Below, in pieces: positions 30,469-39,544 of a DNA stretch of 64,000 nt. Numbering within the stretch: the first letter of the stretch is position 1; each line of letters starts with the position of its first letter. The stretch comes from Planctomycetota bacterium. Its GTDB lineage: Bacteria; Planctomycetota; SZUA-567; H5-PLA8. The DNA lies in contig JBBRPR010000047.1 of the NCBI GenBank assembly GCA_038227875.1, positions 1-64,000 on the forward strand. Direction: 5' to 3'. The notes under the pieces were generated by a model. That model saw only the letters and a program-made list of their open reading frames with translations. It ran no database searches and was not told the DNA's origin. The translations under genes were made by a program, and so were the position numbers.

Positions 30469-30558
30469 GGCTCCTGGCTCTTTGCTCCTGGCTCTTGGAT
30501 GTGCTTCCCAAACGCACACCCAAGAAGCAAGAGCTAAGAGCCAGGAGCTTCTTTATTT
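30469..30558 (+). terminator. Long hairpin of inverted GGCTC(C/T)T heptamer arms with U-rich tail after rpsJ
   Basis: 30469-30498 pairs with 30520-30548; followed by TTCTTTATTT. Confidence 0.75.
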
Positions 30559-31791
30559 GTGATTCCGCTCATTATCTTTCTCTTCTGGCTCCTCGCCTCA
30601 CTTTCACTCCTCAGTTGGTTTTACATTCTTCTTCATCCGGCCCGGCCGTGGGATTTTCAGCCTGTCGGCGATGACGGGCCGATTCTCGAACTGCCGGCTG
30701 GAAAATCGTTTCCACCCGTCTCCGTGATCGTACCCGCGCGCAACGAAGCCGAGTCGCTGCCGGGTACGCTGCCGGCCCTGCTGGGACAGGACTATCCCGT
30801 GCCGTTTCGGGTGATTCTCGTTGACGATCGTTCGGAAGACGGCACGTCCGAGGTTGCGCGGGGCCTCGCGGAAAAATTGAATGCGGCGGAGAAACTGACC
30901 GTGCTGCGCGGCCAACCGTTGCCGGAGGGCTGGACGGGCAAGGTCTGGGCGCTCGACCAGGGCGCGAAGGAAGCGGCGAAGACGCAGTCGGAATTTGTGC
31001 TGCTGACCGACGCGGACATCTTTCACAAACCATCGTCGCTGCGGCGCCTCGTCGCGGAAAGTATGAACGTCGATCTGGGTATGAATTCGCGCATGGCGCG
31101 GCTGCGCTGCGAATCTCCCGCGGAACGGCTGCTGATTCCGGCGTTCGTTTATTTTTTCAATTTGCTCTACCCCATGCGCCGGATCAACGATCCGCGCGAC
31201 CCGCTTGCTGGCGCAGCGGGCGGCTGCGTGCTGCTCTCGGCGGAAGCCGTGAAGCGCCTCGGCGGCGGTTTCGATGCGATCAAGAATGAAATCATCGACG
31301 ACGTCAACCTCGCCCGTCAGGTGAAGAAGTCCGGCCTCCCGATCCAACTGGCTCTCAGTCGCGAAGAGGTCGTGAGTCTCCGCGACTATCCGGCGCTCCA
31401 CGACATCTGGAAAATGGTGCGACGCACGGCATTCACGGAGCTCAAGTATTCCTGGGCGCGGCTGTTCGGCGCGATGCTGGGGCTGGGTTTGATGTTCGTC
31501 GTGCCGGTGCTCGCCGTAATTGTCGGCGCGTTGGGATTCGTTCTCGGCCACGAATCCAGCGTGGGCGTCTATTCGCTGCTGGCGATGGGCAAGGGGTTAC
31601 TCGCGCTAATGGTGATGCGCGGCGTCTATACGCCGGCTGTGCGCTTTTTCAACCTGTCCGCCGGTTACGCGCTGACGCTTCCCGTCGCTGGCGTTCTGTA
31701 TGGCCTGATGACGGTGGACTCCGCCCTGCGTTACGCGCGAAAAGCGCGCACCGAATGGCGCGAGACCTCAACAGCAACCATTCAAAACTAA
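30559..31791 (+). CDS. hpnB: Hopanoid-associated GT2 glycosyltransferase HpnB
   Basis: IVPARNEA; VDDRSEDGT; LPEGWTGKVWA; LTDADI; ERLLIPAFVYFF.LLYP; AAGGC; IIDD; MVRRTAFTEL.YS. Confidence 0.85.
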   Translation: MIPLIIFLFWLLASLSLLSWFYILLHPARPWDFQPVGDDGPILELPAGKSFPPVSVIVPARNEAESLPGTLPALLGQDYPVPFRVILVDDRSEDGTSEVARGLAEKLNAAEKLTVLRGQPLPEGWTGKVWALDQGAKEAAKTQSEFVLLTDADIFHKPSSLRRLVAESMNVDLGMNSRMARLRCESPAERLLIPAFVYFFNLLYPMRRINDPRDPLAGAAGGCVLLSAEAVKRLGGGFDAIKNEIIDDVNLARQVKKSGLPIQLALSREEVVSLRDYPALHDIWKMVRRTAFTELKYSWARLFGAMLGLGLMFVVPVLAVIVGALGFVLGHESSVGVYSLLAMGKGLLALMVMRGVYTPAVRFFNLSAGYALTLPVAGVLYGLMTVDSALRYARKARTEWRETSTATIQN

Positions 31792-31805
31792 AATTAGTAG
31801 ACCCC

Positions 31806-31842
31806 AAAAGAAACGCCGCTCATTTGAGCGGCGCTGTTTGTT
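31806..31842. terminator. Likely bidirectional terminator between convergent genes
   Basis: CGCCGCTCA-tt-TGAGCGGCG flanked by A-rich and T-rich runs. Confidence 0.75.
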
Positions 31843-31864
31843 CGACTTTAAAATCTCGACAATC

Positions 31865-32854
31865 TCAATAGTCGCCGAGCGTCACCGTCGGGGGCTTCAT
31901 GAAGAACCACTGCGAGCCGGCGGCACGGAGAACGTGTAGAGTCACCGGCGCGCCTTTACCGAGGTGGCGGATGCCGGTCAGGAAGTTCACGGCTTCCTGC
32001 GGGCCGCCGTCGTCGATGGCCATGCCGTTGATTGTGACGATGCGGTCGTTCTTGCGTAGTCCCATGCGTGCGGCGGGGCTGCCGGGTTCGACATCGAATA
32101 CCACGATGCCGCCGACGCCCTGGCCATCATCGGCCGTGTCGACTTCGCGTGTGGTCTTGATGTACGCGCCGAAGAGCGCTTGTTCGCCATTTTCGGGACG
32201 TTCTGCCAGTATCACATACTTGTACAGATCGACGTCATCTTGAATCTGCTTCATGCGCGACGGCTCTTGCGGATTGAGCGTGAAGTCGCTACTGACAAAT
32301 TGGGCTTCACTGCCGCCGGGCAGGCGGTGCTGCAAGCGAAGCGAGACGGGCATATTCTTGAGCGCGCTCTTGTCGATGTCTTTCATCGGCAGGTGTTTGA
32401 TATTAGTGGTGGCAACACCGTCGGTCTTGTGGGTCGCGAGGAACTTCAACGATGCGGCAAAGGCCAGCGCGGCAGCGATGCCGGACACGCCGAGCGTCAA
32501 AAAGACGGAGCGCTTGTTGCGCGAAAAAACATTGCGAGTGGGAACGCGGAGCGAATTTTCGCGGGCGAGACGTTCGCGGATGATGCGGGGGTAATCGGCG
32601 AAGACCTGCGCCGGCGGTTCGCCGACGGAGTATTCGCTAAACGCCAAGCCGACTTCTTCCATGGCCAGCAGTTCGTCGCGGCATTCCATGCAACCGGCCA
32701 AATGCAGTTCGACGGCCGACCGCATGCCCGGCTCCGCCAGACGCGTGCCACCAGGGTAAGGAATCTCACCACGGCGCGCATCGATGAGGTCGCTCAACTG
32801 CTCGCGCACCTCCAGACACTTCAGCGAATCACCCGGACGATGGATCATTTCCAT
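31865..32854 (-). CDS. Zinc-finger (ZAS) anti-sigma factor with TM helix and C-terminal PDZ domain
   Basis: C..VREQLSDLID..HLAGCMECR (HxxxCxxC); TM; VFDVEPGSPAARMGLRKNDRIVTING. Confidence 0.85.
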   Translation of the reverse strand: MEMIHRPGDSLKCLEVREQLSDLIDARRGEIPYPGGTRLAEPGMRSAVELHLAGCMECRDELLAMEEVGLAFSEYSVGEPPAQVFADYPRIIRERLARENSLRVPTRNVFSRNKRSVFLTLGVSGIAAALAFAASLKFLATHKTDGVATTNIKHLPMKDIDKSALKNMPVSLRLQHRLPGGSEAQFVSSDFTLNPQEPSRMKQIQDDVDLYKYVILAERPENGEQALFGAYIKTTREVDTADDGQGVGGIVVFDVEPGSPAARMGLRKNDRIVTINGMAIDDGGPQEAVNFLTGIRHLGKGAPVTLHVLRAAGSQWFFMKPPTVTLGDY

Positions 32855-32928
32855 AATTTCGATTGCCTGCCTCCCCTGACCATTTATTAGACGTCTGATG
32901 CGTTCAGCACTTCAATCCCGATTTCGGA

Positions 32929-33795
32929 TCAACCGCTGAAACCCATCCGCTTCAACTTTTCCTGCAGCTTCCGGCGCGCGTAGCTCAGGCGCGACCAGAC
33001 GGTGCCTTCGGGAACATCCAGAGTCTTCGCGATTTCCGCGTGGCTCAGGCCTTCCACTTCCTTCATCAGGAACGCTTCGCGGTGCTTCTCGTCGAGACAC
33101 TCCAGCGCCGTAGTCAGCGCGTTACGGAGGGCGTCGCGTTCAATGTTATTGAGGGGTTCGTCGCGGGATTTGCGTTCGACGTTGCGGATCTCTTCCAGCG
33201 TCGTCGTCGCGGCGTCCTGGCGGACTGAGCGCCGGTAGTGATCGTGAACGAGATTGAGGACAATGCGGTAGAACCAGGTTTTGAACGCGCCTTCGCCAGC
33301 GATTTCGCCGACGTGCTTGTACAAGCGGACCAGCGCTTCCTGGGAGATTTCTTCGGCGACGTTGGAATCGGCGATGGAACGCAACGCCAAGTGGTAGGCC
33401 ATGCGGCCAGCCAGCGGCGCCAGTTCATCGAACGCGCCATCTTCACCGGCGCGGAAACGGCGGACGAGGTCAACGATGCGCTGATCGAGCGCCTGGCGCT
33501 CTTCAGAGTGGGGCTTCGTGCGCGCCATCGGAGCGGCGCTGACGCCGGTGTCGCGCGCTTCGCGTTTCGGAACTTCTCGCAGCGGCGTGGCTCCCGACGG
33601 CCGTGGCAAACGGGCAGAACTGGACATTGGACTCGCGCTCCCTGGACCCCCGGAAGAATTAAACCGCAACAGCGACCCAGAGGTCAAGGGGATTCGGGTG
33701 GAACTGGTACCGCCTTTTCCCGTCCCCGTGCCCATTGGACCTGACTGCCCTGTTGGTGGTCGACGTTCTATCAAGGTCGGCACTCCAGGAAACAC
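32929..33795 (-). CDS. ECF sigma-70 factor (start uncertain)
   Basis: AFDEL; AEEISQEALVR; FKTWFYRI..N...D; EGLSHAEIA..LDVPEGTVWSRL. Confidence 0.93.
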   Translation of the reverse strand: MFPGVPTLIERRPPTGQSGPMGTGTGKGGTSSTRIPLTSGSLLRFNSSGGPGSASPMSSSARLPRPSGATPLREVPKREARDTGVSAAPMARTKPHSEERQALDQRIVDLVRRFRAGEDGAFDELAPLAGRMAYHLALRSIADSNVAEEISQEALVRLYKHVGEIAGEGAFKTWFYRIVLNLVHDHYRRSVRQDAATTTLEEIRNVERKSRDEPLNNIERDALRNALTTALECLDEKHREAFLMKEVEGLSHAEIAKTLDVPEGTVWSRLSYARRKLQEKLKRMGFSG

Positions 33796-34117
33796 AACAC
33801 ATCGTGTACCACTGCCTACGCCACAGTGAGACGCGACAAGTTCCGCAGCCTTGAATAATTGTCGATCGCATTTGACTTATGCCCTTGATCGTTCTCGCAA
33901 ATCATTCTTCCTGATACATTTACGAGTATTGATCAAAATCAAACTTTAACGTGACTCGCGTGTTCCTATCTGTGAGTATAGTGCGGTAGGTGGGGTGTGA
34001 TATTCCAAGGGTATGGACCCTGTCGACCATGATCATCAAGGTCATTTTGACCCGTGTGTGAATTTACACGCAGGTCACGTACTCAAGAATTTGCAATGCG
34101 GAAGTCACTGGTTTTTG

Positions 34118-34139
34118 GTGGTTGCAAATTTGCAACCAC
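34118..34139. promoter_or_regulatory. Perfect 22-bp palindrome in AT-rich intergenic region
   Basis: GTGGTTGCAAATTTGCAACCAC. Confidence 0.55.
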
Positions 34140-34218
34140 GATTTTGCGCACAATGTTAGAATACTTGGGCTTCTTATTGATAGGAGGGTCCTGAGCAATT
34201 GCTCAGAACCCCCTCATC

Positions 34219-36024
34219 TTAGAACTCGTCCTTTGGCTTTGCCGGTTCGGATGCGGGTGGTTTGGGCTTGGCGCCGGGCTTGTGCTTGATATAGACGGCA
34301 CCCCATTGATAGCTGGCTTCCGCGCCGCAATCGTCGAGCATCGTTTTCAGCGCATCGCGGATGGGCTGGTCCTTGACCGAGAGCGTGACAGCCAATCCGT
34401 TGTCGACGAGTCCCCTGTCCAGCACGATGGTGACCTTGACGAGTTGGCTCAGCATTTCGACGGCAGACTCGAAATCGGTGCGGACGAAATCCAAGGTGAT
34501 CTTCGCGTCCAATTCTTTGACTCCGGTCAAATCGGTGATGTCCGCGGGCTTAATCACCTCCGGCGGTCCGCCAAAGACGATTTCCTTTTCCGAAATCTTG
34601 ACGCCGCAGTTGGCAAGAAAGGCAATCCAGTGCAAGGCCGTCGATATCCGCATGCCTGACGCATGTAGCGAGATCGGTGTCGCGCGCAGTTTGTCGTCGG
34701 CCTCAAACTTGATCGGGATTTTTGTGAGCGTGCCGAGAAAGTTTGCTGAATCTTCCAGCGGCTGGTCCAGGAATTGGAACGTAACTCTGCGCCCAAGCGG
34801 GCCAAACGCCTGGTCCCGTGCGGCTTCTGCATCGAAGACCTGCGCGGCCTTGAGTTCGCCGTTTTTGCGCGAGAAAACGTAGATGTCGCCGGCGAAAGCG
34901 GTGCGTTTGAGCATTTCGCCTTCTTTTACGTCGAGAGCGTTGAGCTTGGTGGCCAGAGCGAGCGTTTCGGCTTTAACCGCTCTTTCGTAGTTCTCCTGGG
35001 CCTTCCGTCGGCGTTCCGTCATGTCGTCGGGAGGTGCCGGCGTTTTCTGAACAACCACGGATTGCGGCTGAGCTGGTGCGACTACCTGAGGCGGAGTTTG
35101 TGGAGCTGGTGGCGCGATTTCCTGCGAATGCGTGCGCGCGACCGTGGCCAGCAGCGCCACGCACGCGGCGAGGCCGACTCCCACCGAAATTTTGACCATG
35201 ATCGAGATTCCTCCCTTTACTGCAATTCCGGATGGAGCCGCGGAGAGCTTCAGCGCGGCCGTCCGGGGACTCGCAAGCAACGATTGCCACTGGGCAACGC
35301 GCTGGGCATCCAGCGCTGCGTGCGGGAGGAATGGCAATGCACTCAGCCGTTCTACGTCGACGACCGCCAGTAGCAGACCCAAGCCGGCCAGCCGTTCCCG
35401 AAGCTGCTCCAGTCCGCGGTGCACGCGCGTGCGGGCGGTGGCGACCGGACAGCGCAGTTCACGCGCGATTTCCGGGTAGGCCAGGTTGCCGCGGTAGAGC
35501 ATCACGACCGGCAGACGATGCTCGTCGGAGAGGCCTTCGAGCTCGTGAAGCACGATCCCGGTAAGCTCTGCATCGTTCTGCTTCGAACCGGTGACGCCGG
35601 TCAAGGCGTCTGCGGCACGTTGAGCAGTTTGCGCCGTGTACTCCTCGTCACGGCGCTGAGCTCTGCGGCGGGCGCGCAGGATCTGGAGGGCAGCGTTGCA
35701 AGCGATTCGCATGATCCACGTCCTGGCCTGAGTCTCGGCATCGGCGTCAGTTCTGGAAGCCACCCGGAATTGCGGCGCGTGGTCGCGTACGAGCAGCAGC
35801 GTTTCCTGCACGGCGTCTTCCGCGAGTACTGAATCGCGCAGTACGGATCGCGTCACGGCGAGAATATCCGCGCCGTGCGTCTGCAGCAGTTGCGCCCAGG
35901 CTTCCGGATCGCGAGATGCCGCCAGTCTGCGGAGGCAGTCGGCGCTGGATGCTCGGTCGACGGGTTTAACGGTTGTGTGCATGTCCATTCCTCGCCGGTG
36001 TAATGCCACCGGGGGGAGGGTCAT
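34219..36024 (-). CDS. ECF sigma factor with long C-terminal extension (TM plus two STN-like domains); start uncertain
   Basis: AEDAVQETLL; TWIMRIACN; LAYPEIA..TARTRVHRGL; TM; RVTFQFLDQPL and KITLDFVRTDF repeats. Confidence 0.85.
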   Translation of the reverse strand: MTLPPVALHRRGMDMHTTVKPVDRASSADCLRRLAASRDPEAWAQLLQTHGADILAVTRSVLRDSVLAEDAVQETLLLVRDHAPQFRVASRTDADAETQARTWIMRIACNAALQILRARRRAQRRDEEYTAQTAQRAADALTGVTGSKQNDAELTGIVLHELEGLSDEHRLPVVMLYRGNLAYPEIARELRCPVATARTRVHRGLEQLRERLAGLGLLLAVVDVERLSALPFLPHAALDAQRVAQWQSLLASPRTAALKLSAAPSGIAVKGGISIMVKISVGVGLAACVALLATVARTHSQEIAPPAPQTPPQVVAPAQPQSVVVQKTPAPPDDMTERRRKAQENYERAVKAETLALATKLNALDVKEGEMLKRTAFAGDIYVFSRKNGELKAAQVFDAEAARDQAFGPLGRRVTFQFLDQPLEDSANFLGTLTKIPIKFEADDKLRATPISLHASGMRISTALHWIAFLANCGVKISEKEIVFGGPPEVIKPADITDLTGVKELDAKITLDFVRTDFESAVEMLSQLVKVTIVLDRGLVDNGLAVTLSVKDQPIRDALKTMLDDCGAEASYQWGAVYIKHKPGAKPKPPASEPAKPKDEF

Positions 36025-36054
36025 TTCAGGGAAAGCTGAAAAATGTTGAGAAGC

Positions 36055-36489
36055 TCAGCGCGACTCCCACAGCCCATCATCAGCGGCAAACTCCAAGAGG
36101 AGCTTGGATCTTGATAAGAGAAGTTCACCCAGTTCCTCTCGATTTTCACGCGTACCAACACTGACTGTAGGATGTTCCTTGCCTTGGCGCATCAGTAGTG
36201 CCGCTTCCTTCCAGAGCTTAGCGAATGCACATAAAGCCTGTCTTGCATCCCCGGCGTCATGTCCACTTAAGTAGTCAGTCGGGCAATCCCCGGCAATGGC
36301 CCAATAACCAACCGCACCATTCCTGATCGACGATTCGATGCGCCAAACAGACAGGTAGGGCGAGAGGTACCAATCGGGCTGCTGGGCAACGTCACCGTGT
36401 TTGGCGGACTGCCCAGATAGGTAGTCCAAAACTACTTGCCGCTGTTGGGCAATCCAAACCGTCTCGTCGGGATAGGCCTTTTTTTTCAA
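36055..36489 (-). CDS. DUF4826-like protein
   Basis: PYLSVWRIES; YWAIAGDCPTDY; AR.AL..FA..W; TTG start inferred after GAGGA; lower GC. Confidence 0.7.
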   Translation of the reverse strand: MKKKAYPDETVWIAQQRQVVLDYLSGQSAKHGDVAQQPDWYLSPYLSVWRIESSIRNGAVGYWAIAGDCPTDYLSGHDAGDARQALCAFAKLWKEAALLMRQGKEHPTVSVGTRENREELGELLLSRSKLLLEFAADDGLWESR

Positions 36490-36511
36490 ATGAGTCCTCG
36501 CATTTTCAAAT

Positions 36512-38716
36512 TCAATGCGACAGCGCATACATCACCGCGTTAACCGCAACGCGGTAGGCGTCTTTTCCGGCGATACCCAGGCACGCTGCGCAGGCATGGC
36601 CCTGGAGCTCGCAGCCAAAGTTGAACTTGCTGTAGACCACCAGCAGGCGGCCGTCGGGGCCGGTGATGCCTTCAAGCTGCGGTTTGTCTTCCGTGGCGGG
36701 GAAGAGCTTTTTGACGGCCGGCTTGTATTGAATTTTGTCGAGCTTGTAGGGCTCGTTGAGAATGATGTGTTCCTGCGGGATCGGCTTGAGCGGGCGGTCG
36801 GGATAAAGATCCGCGCACATTTTACGGAAAGCGGCGTCGAATTCTGGACGTCCACAGCAGGATTCGGCGAGCAGGAAGCCGCCACGGTCCAAGTACGCTT
36901 TCAGAGCGTCGAGCGAGGATGGCGGATATTGAAAGGCGCGATGTCCAGTGATGTAGAGCAGCGGGAAGTCGCCGAGTTCATCGGTGCCGAGATTGACCTG
37001 GCGCTTGCCGACGTCGCCCTGCATGCCGGCCTGTTCTTTTAGCGTCTTGGCGAGATTGGGGATCGAACCGGGATCGGGATTCCATTCGCCGGTGTGATAG
37101 AGCTGCCCAATGACCAGCGCGTTGCGTTCGACATGCGTCTCGCGATGCGCGCCGCGCGGAACCGCGACTTCATTTAGAATGGGCTTGAGCGCGTTGAAGC
37201 CCAGCGCATAGGCGATCATGTTGACGCCAAGCTTGCGGGCTTCTTCGCCGGCCAGGGGTGCCTTATCGAGACAACCCTTGCAGCCGCCCCACGCACAGCA
37301 GATGTCATGCGGCGCGTAGAAGACGGTGGTGCGGCAGCCGGTGTTCAGTCCCAGCAGTGGCATGTTGGCGGGCGCAGCGATCTTATAGCGGACGGTATAG
37401 ACTTCGTGATTTTCCGGCAGCGGCTCAAACGCCGAGTCGGGAAAGATCTCCTTCATTTCGTGCCGGAAGCTCTGATCGAACCCGCTGAATCCGCCGCAGC
37501 ACGCCGAGGCGAAGACGAAGCCGCCCTGATCGACAAACGCGCGAATCGCATCGCGCATCTTCGCGGTGAATTCGAAGCGCTGACGCCCTTGGATGTAAAG
37601 AATTGGCGCGGCGGCGAGGTCATCGGCGCCGGCGGTCAAATCGATGATGCGGCTGGCCATCGGTGTCTGCAGATCGCGCGCGGCGAGTTCGGTCAATTCC
37701 TTCGCGTCGTAGGGATCGGGATTCCAGTCTTCGCCGTAGTCGAGTTTCTGGAGCACGATCGGGGCTTTGCCTTTGCCCAGAAACAGCAGCGCAAATTCCG
37801 TGGAGACCGGCGGCTCAGCGTCCCAGAGCCCATTCTCGCGTTGGACGCTGACTAGGTACTCCGCGCCCTCGCGGTACCAATCGTGGCCGCCGATGTACTT
37901 CTGGCCCAGCAGCACGCCGATGCGTTCCAAGCCGTAAAGATAGTAATAGTGGTGCGCGCCGTTCTGCCCCGGGTTGTCTACAACACTGAAGTGTGTGCCG
38001 AGCCAGTTCAAACCGAGGCGGACGCGCGGATCGTTCATCGACGAACCGCAGATGGTCGTGTTCTTCTGCGTCTGCTCATCGATGATGAACAGGCTGCTGA
38101 TCCCCGCCGCCGTCATGCTGCCGTAACCGGCCATGCCGGGATGGTAACCCCAGCTGCCGTCCTTATTCTGGCCGCGTTCGATGTACTTCCGCGCGTTGTT
38201 GAACATCGCCTGCGGTACGTCCACGCCGAGATCGGCAGCGGCCTTCAATCCCAGCAGCGCAAACTGGGTGCGGCTGTTGTCTCCCCAGCCGCCGTCTTTC
38301 ATCTGCTGGCGTTCGAGTTTGCGGACCATCTGTTCGGCGACGCGCTTGTACTTGGGGTCTTTGAGCATGCCCAGCATGCTGGCCACCAGGCCGATTTCGT
38401 AGGTGCCGATGTAGGGGTCGTTGATGTTCTCCGCGGTCTTCGCGATGTATTCGATGGCGTTGGCGACGATCGGATCATCGGCCGGCGTACCGGCGTTGAG
38501 TACCGCCATGGTGCTGAGCGCCGACGGGCCCGGGCCGCGCTTGTAAAGTTCCAGGATGCTCAACAGCGCTTCGCGCCCGTGCTTGAGCGCGTTTTCCACT
38601 TCAGCGTTGGTGACGTGCTCCTCGGCGGACACACGGACGGCGACAAGCAGACACAGCGCGCCGAGAATGAACTGGGCGGTTCTGCAATGTCGAAAGGAGT
38701 TCGCCGTCGATTTCAT
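36512..38716 (-). CDS. Exported prenyltransferase-repeat protein with two DUF4159 domains
   Basis: QMKDGGW, QNKDGSWGY; YYLYGLERIG; two GGF....CCG..FD..FR modules; start at MKSTANS. Confidence 0.85.
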   Translation of the reverse strand: MKSTANSFRHCRTAQFILGALCLLVAVRVSAEEHVTNAEVENALKHGREALLSILELYKRGPGPSALSTMAVLNAGTPADDPIVANAIEYIAKTAENINDPYIGTYEIGLVASMLGMLKDPKYKRVAEQMVRKLERQQMKDGGWGDNSRTQFALLGLKAAADLGVDVPQAMFNNARKYIERGQNKDGSWGYHPGMAGYGSMTAAGISSLFIIDEQTQKNTTICGSSMNDPRVRLGLNWLGTHFSVVDNPGQNGAHHYYYLYGLERIGVLLGQKYIGGHDWYREGAEYLVSVQRENGLWDAEPPVSTEFALLFLGKGKAPIVLQKLDYGEDWNPDPYDAKELTELAARDLQTPMASRIIDLTAGADDLAAAPILYIQGRQRFEFTAKMRDAIRAFVDQGGFVFASACCGGFSGFDQSFRHEMKEIFPDSAFEPLPENHEVYTVRYKIAAPANMPLLGLNTGCRTTVFYAPHDICCAWGGCKGCLDKAPLAGEEARKLGVNMIAYALGFNALKPILNEVAVPRGAHRETHVERNALVIGQLYHTGEWNPDPGSIPNLAKTLKEQAGMQGDVGKRQVNLGTDELGDFPLLYITGHRAFQYPPSSLDALKAYLDRGGFLLAESCCGRPEFDAAFRKMCADLYPDRPLKPIPQEHIILNEPYKLDKIQYKPAVKKLFPATEDKPQLEGITGPDGRLLVVYSKFNFGCELQGHACAACLGIAGKDAYRVAVNAVMYALSH

Positions 38717-38885
38717 CCGAGTCCTCGGAAGCGGTTCATGATAGTAAGTCGGGAATATGCCGGGATTGCTGCAACACTGGCACAAATGCGAACTTCATCT
38801 TACACTTCCCGGGCTGAAAATACCAGACTCCCATGGCCATAGTCTTTGGCCTTGAACTTCGAATCAGGACAGGAATTGATCATCG

Positions 38886-39536
38886 GTGACATCCGTGCCT
38901 CCTGAATCCGATCGGGTCACAGCCCACTTCCCCGACACCGGTCACGCACCGCAACGGCATCACACCTCGATCCTGACGCTGGCGATCACGTTTTTCATCG
39001 GGCTGGTGGCGATGCCGCTGGTCGTGTTTCCCTTTATACCGCAGTTTGCAACCGCGTCGGCGGAGTACGGAAACCTGCTGCGCAACATGCAGATTCTGTC
39101 CGGCATACTCACGCTGCTCTATGTCATCCTGCGGCGGAGCGAAGGCGACTTTCGCTCGCTATTTATGTTGACCGTGGGTTTGTTCGCAGCGACAGAGGGG
39201 CTGGCGGGGATGAGCCACTATTTTGGTGTCCACGCGCTGCACCCGCTGGAAATGCTCTTTTCGTTCGCGCTCTTCATGTACAGCTGCCTGACGCTGGCCG
39301 CCGCCATCGCCGAAGAGCGCCGCGGCGACTGGTTCCACCACGCGCTGGTGAACACGGTGATCGGCTTCGTGCTCCTTTCGGCGGTGCGCTTCTATTTTGA
39401 AAAGAAGGGCCCGCAATACGAAGAGCGGGCTCGCATGTTCATCTTTGTGGTGATGCTGCTGCTGGCGCTGCAACTGGCGGTGCTTCTGGTCTGGGCAGAA
39501 ATTCGCGCGCGGCGGAAGGGTGCGGACGCGAAGTAG
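38886..39536 (+). CDS. Hypothetical integral membrane protein (about 6 TM)
   Basis: 216 aa, highly hydrophobic. Confidence 0.75.
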   Translation: MTSVPPESDRVTAHFPDTGHAPQRHHTSILTLAITFFIGLVAMPLVVFPFIPQFATASAEYGNLLRNMQILSGILTLLYVILRRSEGDFRSLFMLTVGLFAATEGLAGMSHYFGVHALHPLEMLFSFALFMYSCLTLAAAIAEERRGDWFHHALVNTVIGFVLLSAVRFYFEKKGPQYEERARMFIFVVMLLLALQLAVLLVWAEIRARRKGADAK

Positions 39537-39544
39537 AGCCGGCT

